Notes under the pieces: model-generated
What the model saw: only the letters and a program-made list of their open reading frames with translations
Databases searched by the model: none
What the model was told of the DNA's origin: nothing
Program-made: the position numbers and the translations under genes
Part shown: positions 22,301-36,177 of the stretch, piece after piece
How positions within the stretch are numbered: the stretch's first letter is position 1
How the letters are laid out: every line of letters starts with the position of its first letter
Source: Bilabrum cf. latius
Lineage: Eukaryota
Assembly: GCA_965178125.1 (NCBI GenBank)
Contig: OZ237743.1
Coordinates: 186,001 to 250,000 of the forward strand
DNA: 64,000 nt
Direction: 5' to 3'

Positions 22301-24672
22301 GAGAGAACCAGGAAGAGCATGGAGAAGCAGGGGCTCGAATCATGCGGGCGGACGGGGCAGTGTTGGCCTCTCTGCTGGCAGCGGCATCCGCAGCACCGTG
22401 GAGATTCGTTGGAGATCGATCGATCGGTGGCAGCGCGAGCGGCTCGAGCGGCGGGCCCACGCGAGACGCGGCTGTCGCTGTGGCTGCTTTGCTGCGGGAG
22501 GGCTGCGGTACCCCTGGCGCGGCAGTTGCGCTGGCCGGTGGCTTCGCCCGAGAGTGCGAGGCGGAGGTCAGGGGGGCCGGGCGTGGCAAGGACGCCAGGG
22601 ATGCGATGCGGAGGGCGGTCTCGGCTGGGCAGGCCTCGGCGGCTGCGGCGCTTGCTGTTGCCGTGCACGGCGTGCCGTGTGGCAGTGCTGCAGGTGCTGG
22701 TGGGAGTGCGGTCCTTTCTGTTGACTCTCCTGCCATGGTCCAATAGAGGAAGCGGTAGAGGGATGCAGCCATGGAAATGCTCAGGGAACACATGCGGCTG
22801 GCGAGCCAGGCAGCTGCGGTGGCCAGTAGCCGAAGGGGCCCTGTGGGCCCGGATGCCGGCCCCGTTCTCGGTGAAGGGGCGGTGAGGCAGGCCTGGGCAG
22901 CGGGCGCTGCAGCTGCTGCGCGCGACCACTTCGGCAAGCTCAGGCCCTTTGACCCCTACCGGCCCACGCGAGCAGTGGAGGGACTCTTCGCCCCTGGGGG
23001 GGTCCAGGGCAGGGAGACTGACAAGGAAGGCTCGGTCGGGACCGCGGGCCAGCAGCAAGCCGACGTGCACCGAAGCGAGCTGCGAACTGAGGTGACCAGG
23101 GCAGCGCGCTGGGATGCTGCGGAAGGACAGGCCATCGCCAGAGCCCTCGCAGAGGCGGCGAGGGAACATAAATTTGGCTCCGGATCCGGGCCGGGCGTCT
23201 TCGCGCAGGTCCAGGGGCAGCACCCGCCCTCCCGCAGCTCGCTTGCTCTGCAGCCAGCCTTTGCGGGTCCGCAGGACGCGCAGCAACACTCCATGGCCCG
23301 AGATGCGCTTCTGGGTGCGCTCGCTGCTATCTCTGGTGGCAGTCGCGCGGCTGGATCTGGAACTGGAACAGGGAGTGGCGGTGGCGGTGGCGGCCCTATC
23401 CTCCTCGACCTAGGCGCGCGTGTGCCGGCATGTGGGCGATTCGTTGCCGCAGTACCCTCTGTTGGTCATTCCCTCATGCTGGCGGGCGAGGACGGGGCGC
23501 GCTCGTGGGCGGGGGTGAGTGCGGTGCCCGGGCTGAGTCCATTCGATGCAGCGCTGGTGGGAGTGCCGGTGCAGCTGCCGAGCAACATGACGCGTGCCTT
23601 GGGTGCCGGTGACGGCGCTGTGGAGAACACCGCGCTGGATGCCGCGCATGAACTGACTAGGAACAGCGCGTGGCTGACGCAAGCGCTGCAGGATTGGAGG
23701 GAGGAGGAGGAGGAGGCCAGGCGGATCTGGGAGCTGGCAGCGGCAGAGGAAGGCGAGGGCCAGAGGGGCGGGGCGGGGCCTGGAGCCGGGGAACTGTCCG
23801 GCTCGATGCAGCAGGCTGCAGGTCGAGGCTGGGGCAGGGGCAGGGGTGCAAGGGGTGGACAGAACATGGAAGCAAAGGCAGGCTTGAACGCGAGCGCGAG
23901 CAGACGGGAAGCCGCCGCCATGGCCCGGTGGACCAACCTCGAGTAGGCCCGCAGGGAGAGAATGCTGCAGGCGCTGGGCCCAGTGGGGGGTCACGCCGTC
24001 GCCCGTTTGGAAGGGAAGGTGCACGAGCTTGGCAGGCGGGCGGGCTGGCTGCATGGTCCACTCCGGCCCCTGGTGCTGGCGGTGGACGTGCTGCCTGATG
24101 GTGCTCTCGCCGGGGGAACAGCGTGGGAGGGCATGCCCGGCGAGTGGGTGGCGGGGTCAGGTGCATCGCACGGCAGTGCGGGGGCAGGGGTCCAAGCAGG
24201 TGCCTGGGGCCGGTTCTGGGGCGAGGGTCTCCCCGGGGGTGCAGCGCGCGGTGGTGCCTAGCCACCGGGGGGACCAGATGCAGATGACACTGCCTGGGGT
24301 CGATTACTGGGTCTCGCGCCACCCCTCCGGTGGGGCTCGGAAGGTGCACCGCACGGTGGTGCAGCGGTCGGGAGGAGGCTGTCCCCGCTCGCCTTCGCAC
24401 GGGCCTGTGTGGCCGAACACGCGGGTGCTGCAGCGGCTCCTGTGCACGCCGCTGACGTGCTCACTGCAGCAGGGACAGGGGCGGCAGGCAGGGGCTCTGT
24501 CCGCAGGGGGAGGACAGGGGGGGCGGGGCCACCCCCAGGGCGTGCTGGCAGTCCGGGGGGTAGGCTGACAGTGGATGGCGCGGCCTCGCTGTTGGGGCGG
24601 GCTGTCGGTCAGTCGCCGGTGGCAACTCGGTGGGCCGAGCTCGCCGAGAGAGTGCAAAACAACAGGCAGTAA
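19396..24672 (+). CDS. Large Ala/Gly-rich protein of unknown function (~1,758 aa)
   Basis: Track ORFs 19396, 20014, 22771, 23962 and 24409 share one frame separated only by TAGs (19921, 19990, 22744, 22756, 23944, 24259). The first other stop is TAA 24670-24672. The start could instead be ATG 19486. Confidence 0.75.
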
Positions 24673-24810
24673 ATCACGGTTGATTTGGCCGCGAATTGGC
24701 GGCTTGCCTCTCGGAAGGAAGGAAGCTGCCTGTTCAGCTCAAAAATGAAGATGAAAGGCTTCCTGACCGCACCAAGGCTCATTTTACAACATTTCAAGCC
24801 AGCCTGTCAG

Positions 24811-25788
24811 ATGCTGCGTCGAATCGCCATGGTAACTGGTGCTGCATCCGGTTTGGGTAGAGCCACAGCGCTGCGATTTGCCCGAGCCGGCGCTCGCGTC
24901 GCCCTGCTTGACTTGCCGGGGGACGGTCTCGAGCAGGTAGCAGAGGAGATCGGCAAGAACGCCATCATGGTTCCGGCCGATGTAACGGACGAGACTGCTG
25001 TTTAGGATGCTGTGAATAAGACCGTGTCTGAATTTGGTGGCATCAACGCTCTCATTCAGTGCGCCGGTATCGCGCCTCCAGCCAAGGTGAGGTGTCTCAC
25101 CGAACTCTAGCCTGTCCAACTCGCGTTGTCGCCTGTGTTGCTACGTATGCATATCATGTCCGGTCATTTTGCGAGTTGTCATGAAATCTTCGGGAGCTCT
25201 AGAACCAGTAGCTCACCACGATGAGTGCCTTCCACGTCACCATCACAGGTGATCGGAAAGCGCGGGCCCCATAGCCTGGAAAAGTTTAGCAAGGTGCTCC
25301 AGGTGAACACTGTGGGTACATTCAATGTGTTGCGGCTCGCAGCAGAGGCCATGTCCAAGGCAGACCCGGCGTTCGTTGCCGCCGAGGACGCCAGCCTAGT
25401 GGAGCAGGCCGAGGTGGACGGAGGGCTGCCGCAGGGGGAGCGGGGCTGCATCATCAACACGGCATCGGTGGCTGCATTTGAAGGCCAGGTAGGACAGTGC
25501 GCGTACTCTGCTTCCAAGGGAGCAGTGGCCGCCATGACGCTGCCGGCCTCGAGGGAGCTGGCCGCGCACGGCATCCGCGTGAACTGCGTGGCCCCCGGTG
25601 TGTTCATGACCCCGATGATGGAGGGGCTGCCGCCGAAGGTGCAGCAGGAGCTTGGCGCGATCGTGCCCTTCCCCAAGCGGCTAGGCACCGGGGACGAGTA
25701 TGCTCGCCTCGCGCAGTCGATCGTCGAGAACCCCTACCTGAACGGAGAGGTGATTCGGCTGGACGGCGGCCTTCGCATGTCTGCTTGA
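24811..25788 (+). CDS. HSD17B10: 3-hydroxyacyl-CoA dehydrogenase type 2 (HSD17B10-like SDR); exons 24811-25086 and 25249-25788
   Basis: Motifs [60 protein letters not shown] and [13 protein letters not shown]. 162-nt GT-AG phase-0 intron; in-frame TAG at 25003-25005; TGA stop. Confidence 0.93.
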
Positions 25789-27139
25789 GTCCAATCATAT
25801 GGAAAAGAGGGTCAATTGAATTCTTTGGTGTTGACAGATCTGCCTGGAGCTGCTCTCTTCCAGTGAAGCCACACAGTTAATGCCATGCACCCCAATCTCT
25901 CTTCATGAGAAGCCGACTTGGACAGGATTGAGTGTTCATTAAGCGTACTACTAGAAGGAACTATATAGACTGACAATCATCTCCGAGTTAGTGCGCCTCA
26001 TGGTCGCCGTGACCGTGACCGTGCGGTAGCTTGCCAGACTGCAACTGGTCATATTCCCTGACAATGCGTGCCTCCTTGCTCGTAAAATATGATGTTGGCT
26101 ATCTCGACAAGATGCCTACGCTTACCGCAACGAAGGCAATGGGAACACCCCATGACTTGCTGCGACAGGTTGAAGACATACGGCACAATTAGATCATGAC
26201 TAAGGACGCCGGCGAGACTAGTACGAAGAGCCTGGATACTTCTTACAAAATCAAGTTGCTCCATGCCCCAAGCAACCTACTGGATGACATGATTACCTTT
26301 TGAGACGGTCGCCTCTGCATACGCGAGTATGGTATACTGCATAAATACACGTCACATTACAAAAAAAGTGGCCACTGGCCACTGGTGCAATGCATCACTT
26401 AAACGTTCAATAATTGCATGCATACCTTGTCTAACGCATCGAGCACACGGCAACCTCTTGTCCTCGTGTATGTCCTAGCGCAGTACGCCATCGCTAGAGG
26501 TAACCAGTCCGCCGGTGCTGTCGAGCGGGAGCAAAGGAGCCGTTGTTAGCCTAACAAGATACAACACGGAGTTTCTTGCTCGCATTTTGTGCGGTCACCC
26601 AGACGACGGCTTCAGTGTGCATGCCCCCCGCACCCCCCGTGTTGGGAACAACTTCACTCTGGCATGGCCCGCGCCATGCAACACCCACTGGCAGCAGCCT
26701 AGCCGAATAGTAAGCCCGCAAAATGCCGGTGGCTGGAAGCATCGGTCCTAGGATCATGACCTGGGTACCCATGAATCCATCGATTGGAGGCCAGGCATCC
26801 AGGCATCCAATTGAGCCATCAGACAATCCAACCGAAAGAGGGCCTAGCCTGGCGCGACCCTTCCCCGTCCAAGTTGGGTGCAGAGCTGCCAATTGCTTGC
26901 ATGAGAATCATGCGACTCTCAGTGATGTGCCTGTCGCATACATCCCGCGACAGGCAGCTAGAACCATTGTATGGCCAGACTTTGCGGCCTGGCTGGTAAC
27001 GTCACTGCTGGCACTTGCAACGCTCTGCCATCACGGAGCGACAACAGACTTCCAAACAAGTATGATACTGTATGCAGAAGATGGTACAGTCTGCCCGCTT
27101 ACTGCTTGTATAGGTCCAGTACCAACTTGGCATCATGTG

Positions 27140-27541
27140 TCACTGGCGCTCGTCGGATTCCTCCTGGGTTTCTTCTTTCTTCTTGCGCTGCTTGCGCTTT
27201 CGTTTAGATTTTTCTATACCAGGGATATCGTGATCTTCAGGAAGGGGCTTGACGAATGGGTTCGAAGCTTTCACGCCAGCGTTCCATGCCTGCGCCTCCT
27301 TGTCGCTGAAAACAACAGCTGACGTCACCTTCCCATCCCTACCAGCGGAAGACCTCGAAAAATACCCGTACCCGACTACTGCAGCGATTGCAATTCCCCA
27401 GGCAGCGATCCTGCGGCACGAGCTGAAACCGTAAACACAAAAAAATGTACTCAATGGACGTGGTAGTGCAGACAAAATTGTGCGCCAATCTCACTCCCCG
27501 CGGCGAGACAATCCACCAAACAGCTTGTGGATTTTGTCCAT
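27140..27541 (-). CDS. Small single-pass membrane protein (~105 aa); exons 27541-27495 and 27410-27140
   Basis: MDKIHKLFGGLSRRGE-IAAWGIAIAAVVGYGYF...FSDKEAQAWNAGVK...K/E-rich tail. An 84-nt GTGAGA...GCAG intron has matching phase; TGA stop. Confidence 0.65.
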
Positions 27542-28321
27542 CCTCCCAGCCTTGAAGATGCTCTGTTGTGAGGCTGAGGTCAAACCGTGGTTAGAAGTTC
27601 CGCAACCACGGCGCCGCGCACCTGCACACCCTCTATTGTTGAAAATGTTGAAAATTATTGTTGTATGCGGTTGATCCATGCTTTAGTCATCCCATTTGTA
27701 TGCATTTTCTCCCCTACACCTTATCGGACAAAGCTCGTGATGCAATCAATGGCTCCCATTTTCGTGACTCATGCACATGTCAGTGGCAGCCACGGTCCAC
27801 GCAGTGGTCGTGCATCTCGGGCAGCACCTGACCTCGTAACGATGCCCCACAAGGTTTATCCCACGCATTGAAATTGGTTGGGGTGGGGTTCACTGGAGCC
27901 CCTGGCGAAAGCCCGACGTCGCCACTGGCAATCCGCTGGACATCTTCATCTTGAGATTTTGGCCGCCGGTCGCAACAACAACACAAACAGCGACCTCGAG
28001 CGACTTTTGTGCGTGCGATTGCGGTCGGCGCTTACTAGCTCTGAGATACTTCTTATTGTGCTCGCTTCACTGTAAGCGATGAGATGCGTCCAGTGATTGC
28101 CAGACGAATAAATCCTTCCTGTAAAATGCGCGCGTCAGTGCGTCTGGTGGTGGCTACTGCAGTCATTTGTAGCACTCTGGTACATTGCGTTGACGTATCA
28201 GGGGGGATGATTCAGTCTGGGCCTCACGTTTTGGTGCCGTTCGGTTCGATGCAGCAATCCAACTCGTCTATCTGCAACTGTAAGGGATGCCAACGGCGTC
28301 ATCGAAAAACAACGTCGTGGT

Positions 28322-31300
28322 ATGCGCGTTAACATCGCTGCAATATGCTAGATTCATACAGTGTTGCTATTTACTCCGCCCCTTGCAGCGACCTGGTTTG
28401 CTGCTGAGGGCCCGCATGTGCTCGGCATCGGCCTCAACGCCACTCGCCGGCATCGCATCCTGCGGTGGGACCAAGCTGAAATCAGAGCAGCTCCAGATGG
28501 ATCGGACGACGCAGGCTGTAAGCTTGTCATGCTCCCAGGTCCATCGAATTGGTATACATTAAATTTAGAGATAGCTGCGCACTGGCGATGGCCCGTGGGC
28601 CCCGGCGGCCTCCCTCCGTCCGAGATGCCCTCCAGCCCGGCCGAGGCAGAGGTATCTGGCACTCTGCCGAGGCCAAGACAGGCAGGACCATGGCCAAATA
28701 GGGTGTACCCCTCCGTATCCGCGCTCTCCAGCGGCTTGTCCCCGGCAGCAATGACACCCCAGGAGCAGGCGTACGGCACGGGGCAGCCACCCAGGATCAG
28801 CGCTCTCCTGCCGCCCACCCGATCTATCGAGCCGTGGACCACTGAGGAATGGGTGCTGGCATATGATATGCGGTCATCTCTTCCACCCAAAAAAACAGGC
28901 TCGTTGCTTGTGGGTGCCTATGGAAGGCACTTTGGAGACGCCAGGTACGGCGAGCAGCTGCAGCCGTGGATGCCACACCCTGGTCTATCGACTGACTACA
29001 AAACGTACTACTATCCATTTTCGTTCGAGAGACAAGGACAATCGTCCGAAGCGTTCATTGCAAGTCATATGCTGGGTCTGTATCAGCGGGTGGCGGTCAG
29101 CATCACGGGGATGATCCGATGCCCCAGGCCGGTGCTCAGCGAGGCATGCACCCCGATGGACGTGCCCATCGCACCCAACGACACCTGTAGGCAGGCCATG
29201 GCATGGCGAGAGCCGCCGAACAGCACGTCGCAGGAGTGTAGGTCGCATCCTGGTAGACCCGACCTGGCAGATCGTGTCTCTTTCGAGCCAGACGATTCGT
29301 ATGCCGCCAACCACATGTTTGGGGGTCTATCTGTTGGAGTGCCAGTGCCCCCAGGAAGTCGAGAATACCCAACCAGTGATGGAGGAGGCGGGCTGTACAA
29401 CCGATGGCACCAGGTGCTCACGGTGGTGTACCCACCGGGCACCGTGGCAGAGATGCCGCTGACACCCCGTGGCTTCCCGTTCACTGGCCCAGCCAAGGCT
29501 CCGGAGTACCCGTGGAGGGTGAATCGACGGCCGGTGGTGCAGTCCATCTGGTCGGTGCCTGGAGTCGCACGATCCATCACTCACCTGAGACTGCATCCTG
29601 GCAACACATCCGAGCCCCCGCTAGACATGTCTGGTGGATACAGCGTTTGCTTTGCGAGAGAGGTATAGCTGTACAATCGACCCCCGCCGGGATTTCCCCC
29701 TGTGCTTGCCGCAGAGGTACTGCTTGACGACCCTTCTTGCGTGGCAGCTCGCAACTGTACGCCCGAATTGAACTTGCCTGAAAGGGTGGAGATCGGATCC
29801 AGGGAACAACTGGAGGCAGTGCATGCCTGGGCTCAGGAGCATGTGCAAGGGCTGCCGGTGGGGGCTCAGGTTCCGCGGTTTGGCTGCTCGCTGGCTTACT
29901 ACATGGGCACAACTGGGAATGGGTCCGCGGAGAACCCAGTGGTCGAATGGGACGCTGACATGCTGCACATGGACTATCCAGCGGCGTCGTCGACACGAGC
30001 GGCAGCAGTGGGTGGTCAGCTCGATCCCACCATAGCGTTTGGAAAGCGGGCGTAGCTACCCAACGTCACAATCGCTGCGCCCAAGATTATTCCGCAGGTA
30101 TATCCAACCGCATATCCGATTCCAACTGGCACGGTTGAAGATGACAAGCCTTGGCCGATGCCGATATACCCCATCCCGCTGCAAGGACCCAAGGCCAGGT
30201 ACAGGGGTGCGGCGCTGTGGAGGGTGGCAGCCGACACGCCCCGCCGATCTCTGCCACAGATCAGCGGTGGCCAGTGGTAGTGCGGCTAGACCAGCAGTCT
30301 AGGGGCGTACTACATGCGACCCGTGTGCAGAGCAGTCTGCAAGCACCCGTAGCAGATTGCCGTGGACCTTGCTCTAGAAGGCAGCGTACAGCCGCGAGGG
30401 TGGATGGGACTGGCGTCGCTGGCCCGGCCTTGGCTGTCCCGGTGGGGCGGGTACCCTGCCCTGCTGCAGAGCGAGAGCGTGGTGCCGCGCGCTAGTCAGG
30501 CAGCAAGTCGGTACGTGGCATCTTTCGGCGGCTGGAAGGACCGCGCTGCGTGGTCACCCCCTGTGTACGAACGCGTGCAGGGCAATCCATCGATGTTGGT
30601 GACCCCTCGTATGGCGTGCCAGCGAGACGATGGCCGAGGGCCGGTCTTGAACCGAGGCGAATCCCGGTGGGCACAGCGTGAGCCTACAAGTCGCGGTATC
30701 GTGTCTTTCACGATGCTGTTTGACCGGAACTAGTGGCCTCCGTCAATCACGTCATCCGAAGTGTAGAGCGCGGGCCCCGGGCTGGGATACCCCGCGCCTA
30801 GTGCCTTCCAGCTGGCCCGCTTGCAGGCCGAGGTTCAAGCAGACGTGATGGACGTGCTGGGCGAGTGGGATTCCTGCCTGAAGGGCAAGCAAGTAGACAC
30901 TGGGCCACCGCTGGGACCCGATTGGGAAGCGTGGTCCTAGGGCAAGGCACCTCGGATGAACAGGCGCACTGTCAGCTGCAATGACACGCATGGGTTCGTG
31001 CGAGTGGTCGACGTGCGGGTGCTGCAGGTGCGTGCACCGACGGTGCCGCGGCCCAGCTCCAGGGTCCCCGAACCGCTTCGTCCGAATCCACCTATGGATG
31101 CTCCATATCTGCCCATGGAAGTGGATGTGGAGGTGCATATTGGCCCTTTGCCCGTCGTGGCATTCGACCGTGGAGGACACCAACGGGTGCAGAGGGGTCG
31201 CTCGGGTGGGACGCTGGCCCAGCAGCTGGGTGCCGTGCTGGCAGGTGCCAGACCAGGGGCGGAAGGGGGCGCGTGGCTTCCAGCAGCAGTGCCCGGTTCT

Positions 31301-33598
31301 GTCAGTGTTGTCATTGATCTACCGTGCCTTCACACCGGGAGCGGACAAGATGCAGCGCAGTGTGGTGCTGGATGGGACTAGCTGTACGTGGGCCCAATTG
31401 CCATCGCTTAGTGGTTGCTCCTAGCCTGTCTTTTCTTTAGCTGCTGGGGTCTATCTGCAGCCCGCACTGCTCGCCTGGCATGGCTTCACAGCGAGGGCGG
31501 AGTCCAGGCGTCCGAAGCTGAAATGGTACTGCTGGGTGCAAGCAGTGCAGATATGCTGCCTACAACGACTGTTTTCCATTCAAGATAGACAGGCACTGGT
31601 CCACTGGACCTTGCAGCAGCTGGATTGGATCCTATCATGCGTGGTGATCCGATGATCGACTCGATGGATCGACTTACCACCGAGCAATCGGTGAATGCCG
31701 GCGTTCTCGACTCTGCCCGGGCCAGCGCCCGTCAGGTTCGAATCAAACCACGACCCGCAACGTCACCAGAAGCGAGTGACAGAAGGCCTGGTACTGACAA
31801 GCCGGCCATTGGCCCGCAGTCCCTGGAGAAGATCGTAGTGCCGTCCATGGCCAGCAGCACCGACTCACATGTGCACCGTCTCGCCCGCGGTGGGCGCATC
31901 CCAGCGGTGAGCAAGCGGATGGGCGCACAGGGAAGCAGTGGACGTGTCAAAGACCCAGCCACCTCTGGTGAGCCCATGGAACTTCCATCATCCCCGTCTG
32001 TATGGACAAGTCGACAGTCCAGTGATGCCGGTGGGGTTGCCGCGGCTGGGCAGTCTACTATTGGGCACAGCCGATTGCGAGGTGCTGCGGAGCGGTTGGC
32101 ACTAAAAGCCAACCCGCTTCCATCGATCCATACTAGCGTAGTGTGCTCGTCCTCTCAATCCAATGGCGTGACTCAAGGCAAAAGTAGTGGAGACATCCGT
32201 GCAGCCGCTTCGGTGGAGAGCGATGTTGGAGATCGGTGGGAAGAGACCGGGGCATGGAGGGCACCGCGTGATGCCGAGCATCTGCAGCCCCATTCTACAT
32301 CGGAGCAGACTGGCTGGTTGTGTTTGCCCACATGTCTCACTCGAGAGGCAGACTAGGCAAGTGGTGGGATCTGGGCTGTGGTGTGGCTGTACCGCTGGGC
32401 TGTGTACTGGGTGCTTGCCGCTTCTCTAGGCGTCGGTAGGATGAGCGTGCCTGCCGTGCTGCTGTTTGGAGCTCTTGGATTCGGTTTGGTATACCGCGTG
32501 TGGCTATTGCGAGGAGGGCGCTCCTGCAACGAGTGTCTGTGCTTCTACTGCGGGGCCGGCATGTATTGCTGCACTGGCACAACGGGTAGGGACGGGCTCG
32601 AGGCTGGCCAAGCTGGGGGAGCCGATGCGAGTGGATCAGGGCACGATTCACACGGGCCAGGCACTTGCCTGAGACTGTGCCATCGAGGAGATGTGCTAGG
32701 CTATGGTGTAGGGGGAAGCCATGCGGTGCTTCATTCATCGAGCGCCGGCACAGGGCCGTCGTGGACACCCCCGACACCATCCGCCGTGTTTCGAAGGACC
32801 GGCCTGGTGTACCAGTCCTCGATCCAGAGCTCCGCACCACTGACCGTTCCTGGCACAGACAGACCCCTGCACGGTTAGTTGCCATCGAACAGCATGCATG
32901 AAGGCATCCTTGTCAACCCGTCAAGATCGGTGCGACCGGAAGCATCAGTTGTGGATGCTATCAGTCTTCGCGTAAACTCCTCGTCAGCTGGGGAGGGTGT
33001 CAACGAGCCCGGTGCACGCGAAAGCATGACTCTCCAAAGCCATATCGAGCTGAATGCTGGCGTGGAACAGGGTTTGCCTGCCCCTGTGGTGCTGGCGTGC
33101 AGGGCAGTGCACAAGCGTCTTGCAGCCCATTTGCCCGACATGGTGGTGCTTCGCGCGCTTCAGGTGCTGCAGTGGGATGCACAGAGCCTCATGTGGGTGC
33201 AGGCCTCGGCTGCCACTGACCCGCTCCTCGATGTCGGCAGGAAGGACACCGGCAGTACTGGCGGCAGCACTGGCAGACGGGTGGCGGCGGTGGGTCTGGG
33301 TCGAGTGGTGGGCGTGTCAGGCGCATGGCTGCGTCTGTACGAAGATGTAGCAACGCTGGCTTGCCTCGCATGGAGCTTGATGTGCGCCTTGGGGTCGTGC
33401 GGACATGAATGGTGCCTGGGGCCGGTGGGAGTTGGGGATGGCGACGGCACGCAGCACGACATTTTGCTGCGGGGGACAGCTCCCGAGCTGTACTTGGGGG
33501 AGCGTGCGAGCGCGGCTGGAGCATCTGCGGCTCTCGGGCTGGTGCTAGCCATGGTATCTGTCGGTCATGCTTGTGCATCATTAGGATCTGCCCGTTGA
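28322..33598 (+). CDS. Large Pro/Trp-rich membrane protein of unknown function (~1,758 aa; 5' end uncertain, possible signal-peptide exon at 28126)
   Basis: Seven track ORFs (28361, 29702, 30362, 30956, 31625, 32378, 32879) lie in one frame with 14 in-frame TAGs and no TAA/TGA until TGA 33596-33598. Hydrophobic segments occur near 31390-31460, 32370-32510 and 33340-33570. Confidence 0.75.
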
Positions 33599-33853
33599 TG
33601 TGAGTGCAGTCTTTCAGTGTGGGCACCAATCCCGGGCCGCAGTCGACGGCGCGCCGCCGGCGGTCGCAACCTTCGATCGCAAATCATTTCCTTTCCACGC
33701 ACACCCGTTATCCGTTCGCAAGCGCATATCGAGAATCTGTCAGATTTAGTGCCTATCTGGCTTCCTCAATTGCTGTTGGGTCTCAACCGCTTAGTCTGAA
33801 AAGCACTTAGCTCGCCCGGTTGCAATCCGTTGGAAACCGATTCGAGAATTGAC

Positions 33854-36010
33854 ATGGCCAGCAGCTACGAGGTGCGTCGAGTAGGGTGGAGTAGAGCAGA
33901 AAAATGGGGAAAGGCGGTCGGAGAAGGGTTCTCAGCACGACCGGGAGACCCTGCGAGATTTTACAACAAGTTGGTTGCGGAGGGCAGCGGCGACATGCAT
34001 CCAATTTTGCTTGCCGCAGTCTTCCGTGAAACAGCAGAATATGCTGGCACTGCCCGGGTGTTTCGGAGGTGGATACGTGTTGATCCGTTTGGATACGTGC
34101 CAATATCTGGAATCGGAGAGGTATCTACGCTGCACCGAGGCAAAGGCTTGGCCAAGTAGCTGCTGCAGGCGTGCATCCGTAGGGCAGCCTCGGATCCGCG
34201 ACGAACACCCCACGGGATACAAGCATTGTCAGTAACAAAACCAACTGCCCGAGCTCAGTTGCCCAGGCCCGGTGCCTTGGATGCCGGTATGGCCGCAGAG
34301 CCGGTCGCGAGCCTAGCGATGCTCAGTGCGGGCCCATCGGTGCACGCACTCTACGAAGCCTACGGGTGGCAGCGCGGATTCCCGCGAATGAGAGAAATCG
34401 TGCGTATGGAGGTGCCCATGGCCTCGTGCCGATGGGCCATCAAACCAACGCCCAAGCAGCGTGTGCGAGCTGCCGAAGCTACCTCTGCAAGACGAGAATC
34501 TGCACCGCCATATTCTCCGCCTGCACTGCCTGCCCACGTGTCCGTTGAGTTTAAGGACGGGCGGGGCACCCGGTATCGAATCCGACGAGCAGCTATTCGT
34601 TCCCATCTGGCAGAAGGGAGAGCTACACGACGAGCAGCAAGAAGTGCCACGGTGATGGCACCACTGCCTGCCCCTACTGCTGGCGGCAGCACTGACCTGA
34701 TCGCTCGAGATGCAACACCTGAGGCTGCGGCTGCAGGCCTAGGTCAGCCACCACCAGTGGCGCATGAGACTGCCGCCACGGCGGCTTCGCATGCATCAGA
34801 GGCTGCGCGTGCGCTTGGCATGAGGCCATCTTCAGGTCAGACCGCTTGCCAAACTGATGGAGCTGCTGGTCTGTTTACCCGCGATATTGGAAGCAGTGAT
34901 GGGGACACGTGCGGCCCACCGCAGTACTCCCATCCCAACGCTGCATTCAACAGGGCGCAATTGGACTGGCCGGGTGCGGATGATCTGAAGCAACTGATGG
35001 AGATACACGGCGAGTATGCTGCGGCATTGCGGCTCTCCGGCGTGGTATACCGCGACGAGCACTACTGGCAGTCCTTCTTGCGGTGGGCCCAGCCAGCAGG
35101 GTACTGGGTTGTGGAGGAAGCACCACCCAAAGTCGGTGCAGAATAGAAGCATACAGGTGCAGGAGGCAGCTCAGCTAGGAGCTCGGAAGCAAGCTCGCGC
35201 CGATAGCCAGCGACTCGCGGCCCCGACCAAAAGGCGCACGCTGAATCAGAGCGAAGCAACGCAAGTACAGAGTCAAAGTCTCACGATGAAGAGGCCGTCA
35301 CTGCAGAGCGCAAGGAGGAATCTTTACCGAGCATCCATCGCCCTGCCCCCAGGATCATTGCGTACATTGGCGTGAGACTAAAGCGGGGCGTGGTCCACGT
35401 GGCGGAGTACGGCTCGAGGGCCTCCCACGCTGACCGGGAGAGCGTATTCCGAGCCGTGCTGCAAGTAGCGCTAGCCAACGACCCGGAGTGCGCGTCTTTG
35501 GCTCTCGAGAAGGGCGGCGTACTGGAGGTGGAGGTCCCTACAGCAGTGGTAGATCCCATGGACACACGAGGCGCGAGGATCGCAGCAGTGACCGAGGCAG
35601 CGAGAGTGAGGGTTGGCTTGGGTCCTCACTCGCTGGGAAGTGCAGCTGCAGGCAATGGGAACAGCGCGGGTAGGGGAGGGAGCAATCCGAAGGGTGGGCC
35701 TCACACTGCAGTGGCAGCTGCGGCGGATGTTGGCAGGCGAATCGTATCGGACGGCAGCAGCTGGATGTACAGGCCCATGTGCCCGCAGGATGCGTACTAC
35801 GTTGCTCCAAAGTCCAGGAAGGGTGGTCCTGAGGCAGCAGCAAGACTGTCTCGTTCTGATGAAGCCGTTGGCGAACTGGGCGATAGTGCTGTGGCTACTT
35901 GCAAGCCAGTCGGCGAGTACGGCACTGGTGCTGCGGCCGACATCATTGACAAGCTACGGGAAGCCGTTGACGACGGCAGGCACGTTGTGTGGATGCCGGA
36001 TAGCTTCTGA
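33854..36010 (+). CDS. GNAT-family (Eis-like) acetyltransferase with long insertions (~718 aa)
   Basis: GIGEVSTLHRGKGLAK*LL (acetyl-CoA motif A), LYEAYGW, SGVVYRDEHYW and C-terminal VWMPDSF; three in-frame TAGs (34157, 35144, ~35204); TGA stop. Confidence 0.75.
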
Positions 36011-36177
36011 AAGGCCAGGAGGAGCAATCGCGTGTTTGAACGCCCTTTATTCGAACCCATCCATTGTCGGTGATTCCGTGCGTCGAGCCACTCGGTAGCT
36101 GCGCGGCGAGACCCACCCGGCTCGCATTGCTCCATCACAGTTGGACGTGGTGTACCACCCTCACCTGCGCGTTCAAG

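Noticed and set aside
20736-23289. Long antisense track ORFs (e.g. 20736-22937, 22048-23289) and many similar ones
   Set aside because: These are shadow frames of GC-rich sense genes with no recognisable motifs.
25900-27130. Possible gene in the interval after HSD17B10 (track ORFs 26551-26892 and 26723-27322)
   Set aside because: I could not build a continuous frame even with UAG read-through and saw no motifs. ORF 26723-27322 is partly antisense to the 27140-27541 gene.
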